Notes: generated by a model from the sequence alone, not told the origin. Counted from the first letter of the stretch, positions 50,977-61,517 are shown. The stretch: DNA of 64,000 nucleotides from Candidatus Latescibacterota bacterium (GCA_965200315.1 OZ241362.1:4608001-4672000), one strand, 5' to 3'. A program made the numbers and translations.

Positions 50977-51287
50977 ACGACGAGAGATACTTGCAGATTG
51001 TGCTCAAACGCATTCGAGTCTCCGCAGAATACAGGCCAAAATTCGGACGAGGGCGTGGAGATAAGGGCCTGTCGTTAGACGAGTTCCAAGTGCTTTATGG
51101 AAGCGATCCCTTCTATCCTTGGTTCGGCCTTGACCATCCGTTGATGTGCGCGGCACATAAAGCAGCGGGAGGCATGACAAGTGTTTACAGGCAGATCGGG
51201 ATCGGATGCGAAGAGTTGGTTCGCACCACCTTGCGGGTGAGATCGACTCGATTCTGGGCAAACTGCTGGAGCCGTGGCCGTTACTGA
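50973..51287 (+). pseudogene. Putative type II restriction endonuclease remnant, probably internally deleted
   Basis: DPFYPWFGLD..AHKAAGGMTSVYRQIGIGCE; only 104 aa; directly upstream of a methyltransferase fragment; the call rests mainly on context. Confidence 0.5.
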
Positions 51288-51930
51288 GAGGCTTCGACGT
51301 TCACTCGCGCAAAGGGCCGATTACACCCACAAGCATAACGCCGAATCCGGGCGGCATGGTTGGCTGCGCCTGACTCCGGCTTACTCGCTCAAAATCGTCG
51401 ACGAAATTCTGCTAGCGTACGAAGGCATCGCCAAAATCAATGTTTTCGATCCTTTTTGCGGGACCGAGACGACCGCTCTCTGCGCGGCGTATCGCGGTCG
51501 CCGGGCAGGCACAGTAGAAATCAATCCCTTTCTGGTCTGGTTGAGCCGTACCAAGACCGACACTTATTCTACACAAGAGATTTCCGAACTGACTCAGGCC
51601 GGCCACGCGGTGTCTGACGACATTCGCCACGGCAGGACGCCGAGTGCGCCGACACCGCGTATGCACAATGTTGAACGGTGGTGGAACGCCACCGCACTCG
51701 ATTTCCTTTGTGCCCTAAAAGGTGCCATAGATGCCAGATTTGCCGAACAGACCAAGCAACGTTCTTTGCTTTTAACCGCGTTCTGTCGGACCTCGCTCCA
51801 CCTCTCCAATGCCGCCTTTAATCACCAGTCCATGTCCTTTAAGTCGGGCGTTCAGGCAACCTTTGATTTCGCTATCGACTTGTGTGGAATTTTTATTAAA
51901 AACCTGAACTTTGTTCTGGGAGGAGCGAGG
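51274..51930 (+). pseudogene. DNA methyltransferase N-terminal fragment
   Basis: RHGWLRLTPAYS, motif I VFDPFCGTETT (G to E), EINPFL; no catalytic SPPY/DPPY; ORF runs into the convergent gene. Confidence 0.75.
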
Positions 51931-51951
51931 GAGCGAGTCGGCGCCAAATCC

Positions 51952-53190
51952 CTACGTCCGCTCCAGCACCACTCCCTCGCGCTCAATCCTACTGAACATC
52001 GCCCGGTACTCCTTTGTCCCGTCGTCGTCCCAATACTCGGTCTCAATGGGCGCGGCGTAGCTCATGGGTATTAGGCGGTTGCGGTCGGGCCGCACCATGA
52101 AAATCGAGTTGGCCGGATCGGCGATGTTGTACATGCGGGTGCCGTTTTTGAAGCGCGATTTGATGATCCACTTGTCTTGTGCAGGTAGCTCCAGCGCTTT
52201 CAGCCGCTCCAATTCTTCCCGGTCCAAAGTCAGCCCCAGCCCCGGTTTTTCCGGCACCCGCACAAAGCCGTTGATCGGGTCCAGCCGCTCTTCAACCACG
52301 TCGCTTTGCCAGACCTCGTAATCGTTGTGGCAGTGGAAGGTAGCTGTGGGCGCGGCGGCCATCATGTGCATGACCATGGCGCGAGTGACGGCACCGCCGA
52401 CGTTTTGCAGCATAAAGGGCTTGCCCGCCGCGGCAAACAAGCCCGCGCGACGCATGGCGTCGCCGATTTTTGCGTGGCCGAGCATGTAGATATCGGCCGG
52501 CTCCATCAGCACCTCGTAAGTGGCCCCCAGCGGAAAGTGGTGCAAGACGATGGGCCGCTTGGCTCGCTTGCGCAGGTCGATGTAGCCGTCGATATCCCCG
52601 GGCGGCAACGGGTCTTCAAAGCAACCGGCAATCGGATACTCGGCTAATTTTTCCACCAACTCGGGCATGTGGTCGTCCGTGCCGTGCATGGTGAAATCGT
52701 AGTGGATCTTGAAACCGGGCGGCGCGACCTTTTGCATGGCCTCGGTCTGGTCAAAGACGTTTTCAAACGGCGAGAGGTGGTACTTCAGCCAAGTGTAGCC
52801 CTGCGCCGCGTAGCGGGTTATGGCCTCGGCCATATGCTGGGGATGGGTCGATACCGTCCAAGCGTCCACGGGCACAAACGACCGATACTTCTGGCCGAAT
52901 AGCTTATAGACGGGGACGCCAGCAGCCTGCCCCATCAGGTCGTACATGGCCGTGCCCAACCCCAGCGAGGTCTCGTCGCCGATCCAGTCAAAGGGGTTGC
53001 TGCCGATATATTGGTCGATGGTCTCCTGCGGCTCGGGCCTCCCGCTCTCGCCGAGGCCAATCCGACCGTCGTCGGTGTGGGCGATGTAGATCGTGCGGTG
53101 TGCAGGGCCGTAGTAGTGGTTGAGCGGGTAGGCGATCCAATCTTGGTAGGCGAGCGCGACCTCGTGGACTTCGATTTGGGTAACTTGCAT
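51952..53190 (-). CDS. Mandelate racemase/MLE (enolase superfamily) protein
   Basis: TDDGRIGLGE, MYDLMGQAAGVPVYKLFG, LKYH, FEDP, VPEKPGLG. Confidence 0.85.
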   Translation of the reverse strand: MQVTQIEVHEVALAYQDWIAYPLNHYYGPAHRTIYIAHTDDGRIGLGESGRPEPQETIDQYIGSNPFDWIGDETSLGLGTAMYDLMGQAAGVPVYKLFGQKYRSFVPVDAWTVSTHPQHMAEAITRYAAQGYTWLKYHLSPFENVFDQTEAMQKVAPPGFKIHYDFTMHGTDDHMPELVEKLAEYPIAGCFEDPLPPGDIDGYIDLRKRAKRPIVLHHFPLGATYEVLMEPADIYMLGHAKIGDAMRRAGLFAAAGKPFMLQNVGGAVTRAMVMHMMAAAPTATFHCHNDYEVWQSDVVEERLDPINGFVRVPEKPGLGLTLDREELERLKALELPAQDKWIIKSRFKNGTRMYNIADPANSIFMVRPDRNRLIPMSYAAPIETEYWDDDGTKEYRAMFSRIEREGVVLERT

Positions 53191-53214
53191 ACCTAGATGC
53201 CTTTCTGCTCAGAG

Positions 53215-54183
53215 TCAGGGGAATTTGAGCACGACCTTCAGGGCTTGGTGCGGCTCGGGATCGTCAAAGGCCATGGCAAAGGCTTGCTGGATCTCGGCAA
53301 AGGGCAGGACGTGACTGATGATCGGCGCGATGTCAATGCGTCCTTGGACGATCCAGTCGAGTGCTGGCCGGTAGTCGCGGTCGGGATTGGGACCGATCGA
53401 GAAAATCAAGCGCAGTTCTTGGCGCAACAGGTCCAGCATCCTGACCGTCATCAAGCCCTCGACGTGGTCCTTGTCCGGGACGCCAAAGCAGATCACCTCC
53501 GCGTTGCGATGACAGAGAGCCGGTACGAGGCTGAGAGTCGCGGCGACGCCCACGGCCTCGACTGCGAGACCGGCCATGGCACCGCCGGTGATCTCGGCAA
53601 CCGCGGCGACCGGGTCTTGGGAGGCCGAGCAAATCGCGTGCGTGGCCCCCATCTGCCGGCCCACCTCCAAGCGGTAAGGCAGCGAATCGATCGCCACGAT
53701 GCGACGTGCGCCGAGGTTGCGCAGTACCGAGTTGAACAGCAGCCCCACCGGCCCTTGACCGATCACTACCACATCGCGGTCGATGATGTTGCCCAGCTTG
53801 TAGAAGCTGTGGATCACCGTGCCCAAAAGCTGGCTCATCAGCACCTTTTCCTCGGGCAGGTCGCCGGGCAGGCGGATGCAGCCGCCATCGTCCTTGGCTA
53901 AGACGTACTCCTGAAAAAGCCCGCGGTCAAATCCCCACAACAGCACCCGTTCCCCCTCTCGATAGCGACCCGACGGGCAGGCTTCGACCACGCCCATGCC
54001 TTCATGTCCAGTGGCTCCTAGCGGCTGTGGATAGCGCTTGTGGGGGCCGCAAAACGGCGGCTTGTCGCTGCCGCAAACCGCGACCCGCTCCATCCGCACG
54101 AGCATCTGGTCGCCGACTGGCTGGGGTTTGTCCGTCTCGATGATTGCCCACTGACGCGGGGCGACTAGTTGAGCCGCACGCAT
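53215..54183 (-). CDS. Zinc-binding dehydrogenase
   Basis: VCGSD, GHEGMG, GQGPVG, EAVG. Confidence 0.9.
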   Translation of the reverse strand: MRAAQLVAPRQWAIIETDKPQPVGDQMLVRMERVAVCGSDKPPFCGPHKRYPQPLGATGHEGMGVVEACPSGRYREGERVLLWGFDRGLFQEYVLAKDDGGCIRLPGDLPEEKVLMSQLLGTVIHSFYKLGNIIDRDVVVIGQGPVGLLFNSVLRNLGARRIVAIDSLPYRLEVGRQMGATHAICSASQDPVAAVAEITGGAMAGLAVEAVGVAATLSLVPALCHRNAEVICFGVPDKDHVEGLMTVRMLDLLRQELRLIFSIGPNPDRDYRPALDWIVQGRIDIAPIISHVLPFAEIQQAFAMAFDDPEPHQALKVVLKFP

Positions 54184-54205
54184 ACCTTTCCTTTCTACCT
54201 ATCAT

Positions 54206-55423
54206 TTACTGATCGAAGAAGTCGGCGTCTTCCTCGCGTAGATAGTGCCGCGCTTCTTCGGCGATTAGATCGACGCCCATCCCGGGCGCGTCCCAAACGG
54301 CGATGTGGCTATCGACCACAATCGGATCGGGCAAGCCCTCGACAATGTCGTACCACCACTCGGGCTGGCCAGTCGGATATTCAAAGGCAATGTAGTTTTG
54401 CGGCAGCGTCGCTGCGACCTGCACCAAAGCCGCCAAGCCCAACAGGCCGTCGAGCACGCCGTGGGGAGCCATGAGGATACCGTGCAGGTCGGCGTATTCG
54501 GCCACCCATTTGAGCTCGGCGATGCCGCCGATGTCGCAGGGATCCGGGCCGATGATATCCACGGCGCGCTTTTCGATCAGATCCTGAAAATTGTGTCGCA
54601 AATAGATCTGCTCGCCGGTGTGGATCGGCGTTGAGGTGCTCTGTGTGACCTCTCGGTAGTGATCCGCCGAAACGTAAGGGACGTAATCGCCGGTGAGCAT
54701 GTCCTCTAGCCAAGCCACGTTGAGCTCTTCAACGGCCCGGCCCAAGCGCAGCGCGTCTGGCACGAGAAAACCCGGGCCTAAGTCCAGCGCCAAGCCAACC
54801 TCGTCGCCGCAGACTTCCTTCATCGCGTGGATGCAATCGACTATGTAGTTGAGGCCGCGTTCGCTCAAGGGGCCGCGATTGGCGTGGAACGGGCCGGCTT
54901 GGTGGGTGCCGTAGAAATGTTCAGGCGACTCGGTAATCCTGCCGCCGTGGAAGGCGAGGCCCTGTTTGATGATGCTGAACTTCTGCGGCGCGTCCTTCAT
55001 GCGCTGCATGTTGTCCGCGTAGTCCTCGGGCGGGCGGGCGCCCGCCGCGGGCGAGCGGGCGGGTGCCATGGGGAAGCGCACCGCACCATTGTACACCCGC
55101 ACGCGGTCGCGGACCTTGCCGCCGAGCAGCTTGTACACCGGCGCACCCACGGCCTTGCCGGCAATGTCCCACAGCGCCATTTCAATCGCACTGACCGCAC
55201 TGCCCCAAGGCTTGAAGCTGCCCAAGCGCCGGATATTGAGCATCACTCGCTCGACATCGGTCGGGTCCTGACCGAGGATGCGGTCTTTGTAAAACAGCAC
55301 GTGGGGCTTGAGGTAGGACTTGCTCGCCTCGACTTCCCCGAGGCCGTAGATGCCCTCGTCGGTATTGATGCGCACGACCGGGTTGTTGCCAATGACCGCG
55401 CATTTGAGGTCCGTGATTTTCAT
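54206..55423 (-). CDS. Mandelate racemase/MLE family protein
   Basis: TDEGIYGLGE, SAIEMALWD, WLED, TGEQ, MAPH; start ATG 55423. Confidence 0.9.
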   Translation of the reverse strand: MKITDLKCAVIGNNPVVRINTDEGIYGLGEVEASKSYLKPHVLFYKDRILGQDPTDVERVMLNIRRLGSFKPWGSAVSAIEMALWDIAGKAVGAPVYKLLGGKVRDRVRVYNGAVRFPMAPARSPAAGARPPEDYADNMQRMKDAPQKFSIIKQGLAFHGGRITESPEHFYGTHQAGPFHANRGPLSERGLNYIVDCIHAMKEVCGDEVGLALDLGPGFLVPDALRLGRAVEELNVAWLEDMLTGDYVPYVSADHYREVTQSTSTPIHTGEQIYLRHNFQDLIEKRAVDIIGPDPCDIGGIAELKWVAEYADLHGILMAPHGVLDGLLGLAALVQVAATLPQNYIAFEYPTGQPEWWYDIVEGLPDPIVVDSHIAVWDAPGMGVDLIAEEARHYLREEDADFFDQ

Positions 55424-55475
55424 CTGTTGCCTTTCTCTAAGGAGTCCTTTCCTAACCCCTGAATACATTTGTGTC

Positions 55476-55496
55476 GGGCGACCCTTGTGATCGCCC
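55476..55496. repeat. REP-like palindrome related to the copy at 16381
   Basis: GGGCGA-CCCTTGTGA-TCGCCC. Confidence 0.5.
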
Positions 55497-55613
55497 GTTG
55501 TTTGACAATCGCAGGGGCTGCCCGAGAAAGCCAGTGGCATGTATGAGAGGGCTTCTAATAATTGCCGGCTCTAATCTGCCGTTTATCCGGCCTGTGGGCA
55601 ATCGGTTGGGGAG

Positions 55614-58529
55614 TCAGTCCCCGCTCACCAGCTCCTTCAGCTTCCAGTCGAGCGGGATGCGCATCCGCCCCTCGTTGCGGCGGTCGAAGAGCAAGTAGTT
55701 TTCGCGCAGCCCGAAGTAAAACAAGTCGCGGGTCAATTCCACGTCCTTTTGGCAGTACTCGGCAATCAAATCGAGTCGCCCCTCCTTGAACCACCGCAGC
55801 GCGTCCAGCCCATCGGCGCTCTTGGGTGCGTCGAGCGTGGCCCGGCCCAGCGAATCGAGGCTCACCCGGTAGCGCAGCCGCTGGTGGATCTCGCGCAGCA
55901 TATCGAGCGTGTTGAGCGTGCGGAAGTCGAATGGACTGTACCCGCGCAAGACCGAATAGTCAAAGCCGATGATGTTGAAACCGACGATCAAATCGGCCGC
56001 CTGTAGATGCTCTAAGAGCCGGTCGATGTCTTCCTCAAAATACGTCGTACAATCCTGAGCACGGCTGTCCCACACCACGCCGACCGACATGCCCATCATG
56101 TGCGCCTTGTTCCATCCGCCAACCTCGGCGGCCGAGCGCTGGGTCTCGAGGTCGAACACGACCAAGTGCGGGCCTTGTTCGGGCGGCGCGTCCTCTGCCA
56201 CCTCCTCTGCTTCCCACTCGGCAAAAATCGGCGCGTCCTCTGAGACCTCGGCTGTGGATGGAATGCGCTCGATGGCCCGGCGGCCCGTGAGTGCGCCGAG
56301 CAGGTGAATCGCGCCGGCCTTGTCGAGGGGGACGTTGCCCGCGCCGCACGTGGGAAAATGGATGCAAGACGGACAGCCGAGCAGACAATCGCAGGTTTCG
56401 ACCATGGACCGCGTCATGTCCAAGAGGCGGTCGAGCTGGGCAAAGCCCTTTTCCGCCAAGCCAATGCCGCCGGGGTGATAGTCGTACACGAAAATCGCGC
56501 CTTTGCCGAGCTGGGGGTGTTGGGGATAGCAGATCCCACCGACGTCCGTGCGGTCGCACAGGGCCAGCAGCGGAAAGAGCGACTTCATGGCGTGTTCAAT
56601 CGCGTGGATCGACCCCATGTAGTGGTGCTGGTGGCGGCTGAGGTCGGCCTTAAAGTGGGAGTCGAGTTCAAGCCAGAAGCCAATCGTCTCAAAGTGCTCC
56701 ACCGGCGACTCCAACGGGTGTTTGCTGAGCACGACTTGGTCGCCGACGCGGATTTTTTCGTAGCCTACCACTTGCGAGCTGACCTTGAGCCGGCCCAACC
56801 GCGCCATAAAGCCCTTTAAGGGCCGCGAGCGCAATTCCGCTAAAATCTCGGTGTCCTTTTCCGTGCGGGCGCGAGTGAAGTACGCCACATCCACTTCCTC
56901 GGCGTAGAGCTGGCCCCGCTCGGGGTTGCGGTCGCCGATCTCGTACTGGCGGCCTCGGTGCAAGTAAATCGCGCCTTTGTAGCACTCGCCGTACACCTGA
57001 CCGCCGCTGACTGTGCCGATCGGGTTGTTGTGGCGATCGACGATGTTATACGACTCGCCGATGGTGCGCATGTTGACCAAGCGATGCGGTTGCTTGCGTG
57101 CGGCAAACCACGCGTCGCCCTCGGCGTTCTGCAGCAGTGTGCCCTCCTCAGTCAGCGCATCAATCGCCTCCTGATAGTTGGGCAGCGCGTACTCGGGCTC
57201 GCAAGCGGCGAGGGGCAATTCGCGCGCCGCGCACACGAGGTGGTTTTTGAGGATGTACTGATTCGTCGGATCCACCACCGCGTCTTCTAAATCGCGTCCG
57301 AAAAACTCCCTTGGGTGCCGCATGAAATACTGGTCGAGGGCGTCGGGAGAGGCAATGAGGAGGATTAGCGACTCGCGGCCGGCGCGGCCCACGCGGCCCG
57401 CACGCTGCCAAGTGTTGATGATCGAACCCGGATAACCGACCAACACGCAGACATCCAAGCCGCCGATGTCAATGCCCAACTCCAAGGCCGACGTGGCCAC
57501 CACGCCTATGAGCGGACCGCCGTTGAGCGCCTGCTCAATCTGGCGGCGCTCGCTGGGCAAATAGCCCGCGCGATACGAGGAGATCCGCTCCCGCAAGTCC
57601 GGGCGGCTCTGGGTGGCCCAGCGGTACACGAGTTCGGTGGTGATGCGAGCGCGGGTGAAGACAATCGTGCGGAAGCCCTTGAGTACGCTGGTGCGCAGCA
57701 CATGGGCCGCGAGGGTGTTGGGGCTTTCGCTCGGATTGACGAACACGAAGTGGCGCGCCGCAGCCGGTGCGCCGTGGTCTTCAATCGCGTAAAAGGAGCG
57801 GTTGAGCAACTCGCCCGCCAGCTCGCGGGGATTGCCCATCGTCGCCGAGCTGGTGATGTACACTGGATCGGCCCCGTAGTGCGCGCAGATGCGGTTCAAG
57901 CGGCGAAACAGGTGCAGCACGTGGGTGCCAAAGACGCCGCTATACGTGTGCAGCTCGTCGATGACCACGTAGCGCAGGCGGGCGAAGAAGCCGGCCCAAG
58001 CCTCGTGGAAGGCGAGGATGCCCGAGTGCAGCATGTCCGGCGTGGTGAAGAGCACCTGCGGCGGCTTGGTGCGAATTTGCCGGCGGCGGTGGGCCGTGGT
58101 GTCGCCGTCGTAGATGGCCGCTTGCAGCGTGCCGCCCAAGCCCTGCATCAGGCCGCTCAGCTCGTCGAACTGATCCTGCTCCAGGGCCTTGAGCGGGAAC
58201 ACGTAGAGCGCGTGCGCCGCTGGATCGTCGAGCAGCGTGGCCAGCACGGGCGCGTTGTACACCAAGGTCTTGCCCGAGGCCGTGGGCGTGGCAATGGCCA
58301 CGTGCTGGCCCTCCAGCACCTTTTGGATGCCCTCGGCTTGGTGCGTATAGAGCGCGTGGATGCGGGCGATTCCGAGGATGCGGGCCATGGCCGGAGGCAG
58401 GCCAGCCAAGTCGCGGACTAGGCGCGCCGGGCGCGCGGGCAAGGTCTGGTGGTGGACGACCTCATTGCCCAAGATGCGGCGTTTGAGAAAGCGGATGTGC
58501 TCGGCGATGCTCTCGGCGTCGCAGATCAA
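55614..58529 (-). CDS. DEAH-box helicase (MrfA/YprA/Hrq type, DUF1998) fused to an RNase H-like DEDD exonuclease (YprB/MrfB-like)
   Basis: LYTHQ, TPTASGKT, DELH, SAT, LELGIDIG, QRAGR; DUF1998 C..CDC..GCPSC; C-terminal FDLETQ, GFNIIGFD, YCQKDV. Confidence 0.9.
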   Translation of the reverse strand: MICDAESIAEHIRFLKRRILGNEVVHHQTLPARPARLVRDLAGLPPAMARILGIARIHALYTHQAEGIQKVLEGQHVAIATPTASGKTLVYNAPVLATLLDDPAAHALYVFPLKALEQDQFDELSGLMQGLGGTLQAAIYDGDTTAHRRRQIRTKPPQVLFTTPDMLHSGILAFHEAWAGFFARLRYVVIDELHTYSGVFGTHVLHLFRRLNRICAHYGADPVYITSSATMGNPRELAGELLNRSFYAIEDHGAPAAARHFVFVNPSESPNTLAAHVLRTSVLKGFRTIVFTRARITTELVYRWATQSRPDLRERISSYRAGYLPSERRQIEQALNGGPLIGVVATSALELGIDIGGLDVCVLVGYPGSIINTWQRAGRVGRAGRESLILLIASPDALDQYFMRHPREFFGRDLEDAVVDPTNQYILKNHLVCAARELPLAACEPEYALPNYQEAIDALTEEGTLLQNAEGDAWFAARKQPHRLVNMRTIGESYNIVDRHNNPIGTVSGGQVYGECYKGAIYLHRGRQYEIGDRNPERGQLYAEEVDVAYFTRARTEKDTEILAELRSRPLKGFMARLGRLKVSSQVVGYEKIRVGDQVVLSKHPLESPVEHFETIGFWLELDSHFKADLSRHQHHYMGSIHAIEHAMKSLFPLLALCDRTDVGGICYPQHPQLGKGAIFVYDYHPGGIGLAEKGFAQLDRLLDMTRSMVETCDCLLGCPSCIHFPTCGAGNVPLDKAGAIHLLGALTGRRAIERIPSTAEVSEDAPIFAEWEAEEVAEDAPPEQGPHLVVFDLETQRSAAEVGGWNKAHMMGMSVGVVWDSRAQDCTTYFEEDIDRLLEHLQAADLIVGFNIIGFDYSVLRGYSPFDFRTLNTLDMLREIHQRLRYRVSLDSLGRATLDAPKSADGLDALRWFKEGRLDLIAEYCQKDVELTRDLFYFGLRENYLLFDRRNEGRMRIPLDWKLKELVSGD

Positions 58530-58654
58530 GGCCCAATTTCCTGAAGCAGTGTATGGCGAAGACGAGCAGGGACAACAGGGAGGAGAAGAGGATAGCTAAG
58601 CTGTTGGGCTAGGGCAAGGCGAAGGGAGAACTTAGATGCGCGTCATTTTGAAAC

Positions 58655-58795
58655 TTAGTTAGGAGAATCTACGCCGACTTTGATTTCTCTGTGCCGGGGT
58701 ATCGCAGATCGTCGGCCATCAGAGATATTCCTCCACCATGAGTGTTTTCCGCATCCGCTCTGACGGAGATGTTTCAACAGATCAATCCGTTTCAC
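58655..58795 (-). pseudogene. hicA: HicA toxin remnant
   Basis: VKRIDLLKHLRQSGC-GKHSWWRN..RSAIPRHREI; lacks the usual LLREG segment and C-terminal helix; GTGA overlap with hicB. Confidence 0.75.
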
Positions 58796-58998
58796 ACGGT
58801 AATCACTAGCTCTTCGTAGGCATCGCCTACAAGGTCCAAGATCTCTTGGCGATGAAAATCAAGAGCCTCGTGGAGTGCCTCCCTAATACTTTCCAGCAAC
58901 TCCTCGCGGGTGCGTTCTTGGCAATTAACACCAGGAACGTTTTGAACCCACCCAATCCACCATTCCCCTTCTTGTTTTAGGATAGCAGTATATGTTTT
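58792..58998 (-). pseudogene. hicB: HicB antitoxin lacking its start codon
   Basis: KTYTAILKQEGEWWIGWVQNVPGVNCQERTREELLESIREAL..YEELVITV*; 5' end abuts the ATPase pseudogene. Confidence 0.78.
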
Positions 58999-59958
58999 GC
59001 CTGAATAACAGATCTACTTCGTTGCCTTTATTGTCGCGGAAAAAGTAGAGTTCAGGCTCTTTGCCCGCGTTGAGTCTGGCTTTCAAGGCTTCGATGACGA
59101 CCATGTTTTCAAAGAGCTGGCCGATCAGTGGATCCCGGGCCGCGAGTGCGGGCGATTCAATGCCGAGCAAGTAGGACGCGAGCCCGACATCGGTAAAATG
59201 GATTTTTGGCGATTTGACGATGCGTTTGCCAAAGTTTTCAAAATAGGGATTCAGCCGGAAAATAGTGTGCGATGCTTCGAGTACCGAGAGCCATTCTTTT
59301 AGCGTGGTACCCGACACCCCCACGTCGTTAGCCAGCGAACTCAGATTCAAAACCTGACCGACGCGTCCAGCCAGCAGGCGCGTGAAGTTCTCAAAATCTG
59401 TCAGGCTCCTGAGGTTGATCATCTGTCTGATGTCGCGCTCGATATAGGTTTGACAGTAATTGCGGTATAGGCGCGTTGGATTGACTTGTTCGCTGTGCAG
59501 GCGGGGCATAAAGCCTTGGTGGATAAATTCGTCGCGGGTGTGTGTGATGCCGGTTGCTTTGAGTTCTCCTATCGACAAGGGCAGCAGGCTCAAGAGGGCG
59601 GTGCGTCCAGCCAAGGATTGGGCCACGGTTTCTTGCAGACGCAACTGGTGACTGCCGGTGAGGATGTATTGTCCGCGTTGCCGGCTGCTGTCAGCGAGGC
59701 CTTGGATGGTTGAGAGTAGTTCAGGTACGCGCTGGATTTCGTCGATAATAACGGGTGGCGGAAATTGCGAGAAGAAAGCGTGGGGATCGCTCATCGCTAG
59801 CCTGCGTACATCGGGTGCTTCTAGATTCGCATAAGCGTGGTTGGGAAACTGCATACGCGCCAACGTGGTTTTCCCGCCTGCCATGGACCGATGATTGTCA
59901 CCACGGGAAATTCGGTTGCCGTCGCCGCCAATTCTCCGGCGATTTGTCGTAAAATCAC
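58999..59958 (-). pseudogene. AAA_14/DUF4143 ATPase, frameshifted at Walker A and 3'-truncated
   Basis: VILRQIAGEL..VVTIIGPWQAGK is out of frame with GKTTLA..IIDEIQ..LTGS..KSPKIHFTDVG..EVDL. Confidence 0.82.
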
Positions 59959-60157
59959 GGTTCTGATCTCTATTCGCGTGGATGTTCCTCAAGGACAAAA
60001 TGAGAAATCGGTACAGATTTCAAATTAAACCTTAAATATGTACCAATTTCAAGCCTGTCCTTGACATCATCAGTTATCGAAAATGTATTTCGCAGATGAA
60101 CCGGGCGGTCGAGACCGCCAACGAGCTTCGACCGGCACTTTTGAACCGAGAAAGAGA

Positions 60158-60877
60158 ATGGAATCCTCGCAAACATCTATTAAAGCCCTGACTGTCGATG
60201 TCTTTGGCACGGTCACCGACTGGTACTCTACCATTGTGCGAGAGGGTGAGCGCTTAGGCTGCGGCAAGCGGCTTTCCGTGGACTGGGCGCGCTTTGCCAC
60301 GGCTTGGCGCGGTGGCTATGAACCTGCTATGGGTCGTGTGCGGCGCGGCGAATTGCCGTGGACGAAAATAGACGCGCTCCACCGAATGATTCTCGATGAC
60401 ATTCTGCAAGACTTCTCGATTCCTGCGTTGTCCGAGGACGAGCGAAGTGATTTCAATCGCGTTTGGCACAGACTGGACCTGTGGCCCGATGTGGTCGGCG
60501 GCATGTTGCGGCTAAAGTCCAAATACATTGTTGCCGCGCTTTCCAATGGCAACGTGTCGCTGCTGACCAACATGGCCAAGCACACCGGTATTCCGTGGGA
60601 CTGTATCTTGTCAGCAGAGCTTGCGCGGCATTACAAGCCGGACCGGGAAGTGTACGAGACGGCGGCGCATCTTCTAGATTTGGAGCCGCCTTCAATCCTG
60701 ATGGTCGCGGCGCATCGCCACGACTTAGAGGGGGCTAGAGCCGTTGGGTTCAAAACGGCCTTCATTGGACGTCCACTTGAATGGGGACCGGGAGGCCAAG
60801 CAGACACCGCGCAAGACGGAGATTTTGACATAATTGCTCGAGATTTCCACGACCTTGCAGCGCAGCTTGGAATCTAA
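60158..60877 (+). CDS. Haloacid dehalogenase type II
   Basis: DVFGTVTDW, WPD, LSNGN, YKP, MVAAH..DL. Confidence 0.9.
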   Translation: MESSQTSIKALTVDVFGTVTDWYSTIVREGERLGCGKRLSVDWARFATAWRGGYEPAMGRVRRGELPWTKIDALHRMILDDILQDFSIPALSEDERSDFNRVWHRLDLWPDVVGGMLRLKSKYIVAALSNGNVSLLTNMAKHTGIPWDCILSAELARHYKPDREVYETAAHLLDLEPPSILMVAAHRHDLEGARAVGFKTAFIGRPLEWGPGGQADTAQDGDFDIIARDFHDLAAQLGI

Positions 60878-60979
60878 TCTACGAATGGCGACCTGTCTGC
60901 CCCTCGCCGTGGGGGAGACGTGCCTTCGGCAGCAGGAACGACACCGGGCAGCGACAATGTTGGCCGACCCGTTGCAAAG

Positions 60980-61063
60980 GTCTTGTTCCTGTGCGGATAC
61001 TTCGACAGCGGCTACTTAGGCTACGAGGCGGCGGAAGGCATCGACTGGGTGTGGGAGCATCGG
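60980..61063 (+). pseudogene. C-terminal relic of a XamI-like type II restriction endonuclease
   Basis: VLFLCGYFDSGYLGYEAAEGIDWVWEHR, recalled as a conserved XamI-family C-terminus; not verified by search. Confidence 0.55.
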
Positions 61064-61112
61064 AGTCGTTTCTATTATCTTTCTGTCCATAATGCGATAA
61101 GGCGGCCTGTGA

Positions 61113-61517
61113 ATGCCGATACCATTCGAGCTGATTATGGAACAGGCTCCGGTGTCTTCCCAAACCCGTCGGAGGCAGAGACTCCACGAGTGGCGACAAG
61201 AGCTGGAAAGGGCCGCCAGACCGATCTGGGCTACGGAGGCCCCTGTTGCCGTTCCGGTATCGGTCACAATCACTTATTTCTTTGACGACACGCCAGTTGA
61301 TGTTGATAATTTACCCAAACCTATCCTCGACGCTTTGAAAGGATTGGTATTTCGGGATGATTCTCAGGTGTACGACCTACTTTGTCGCAAGAGAAATAGA
61401 GCTGATAACTTGTGGATCGTAGAGCCATCGCAAGGCTTGCTAGACGCTCTCGATAGTTATAGGCAAGTACTGCACATCAAAGTGACCGCCGCCCAGAATC
61501 AGGAGATCGCATTTTGA
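61113..61517 (+). CDS. rusA: RusA family endodeoxyribonuclease
   Basis: DVDNLPKPILDALKGLVFRDDSQV with the catalytic Asp/Lys pattern. Confidence 0.85.
   Translation: MPIPFELIMEQAPVSSQTRRRQRLHEWRQELERAARPIWATEAPVAVPVSVTITYFFDDTPVDVDNLPKPILDALKGLVFRDDSQVYDLLCRKRNRADNLWIVEPSQGLLDALDSYRQVLHIKVTAAQNQEIAF

Noticed and set aside
61113-61517. Prophage indicated by rusA
   Set aside because: No integrase, structural, replication or lysis genes nearby
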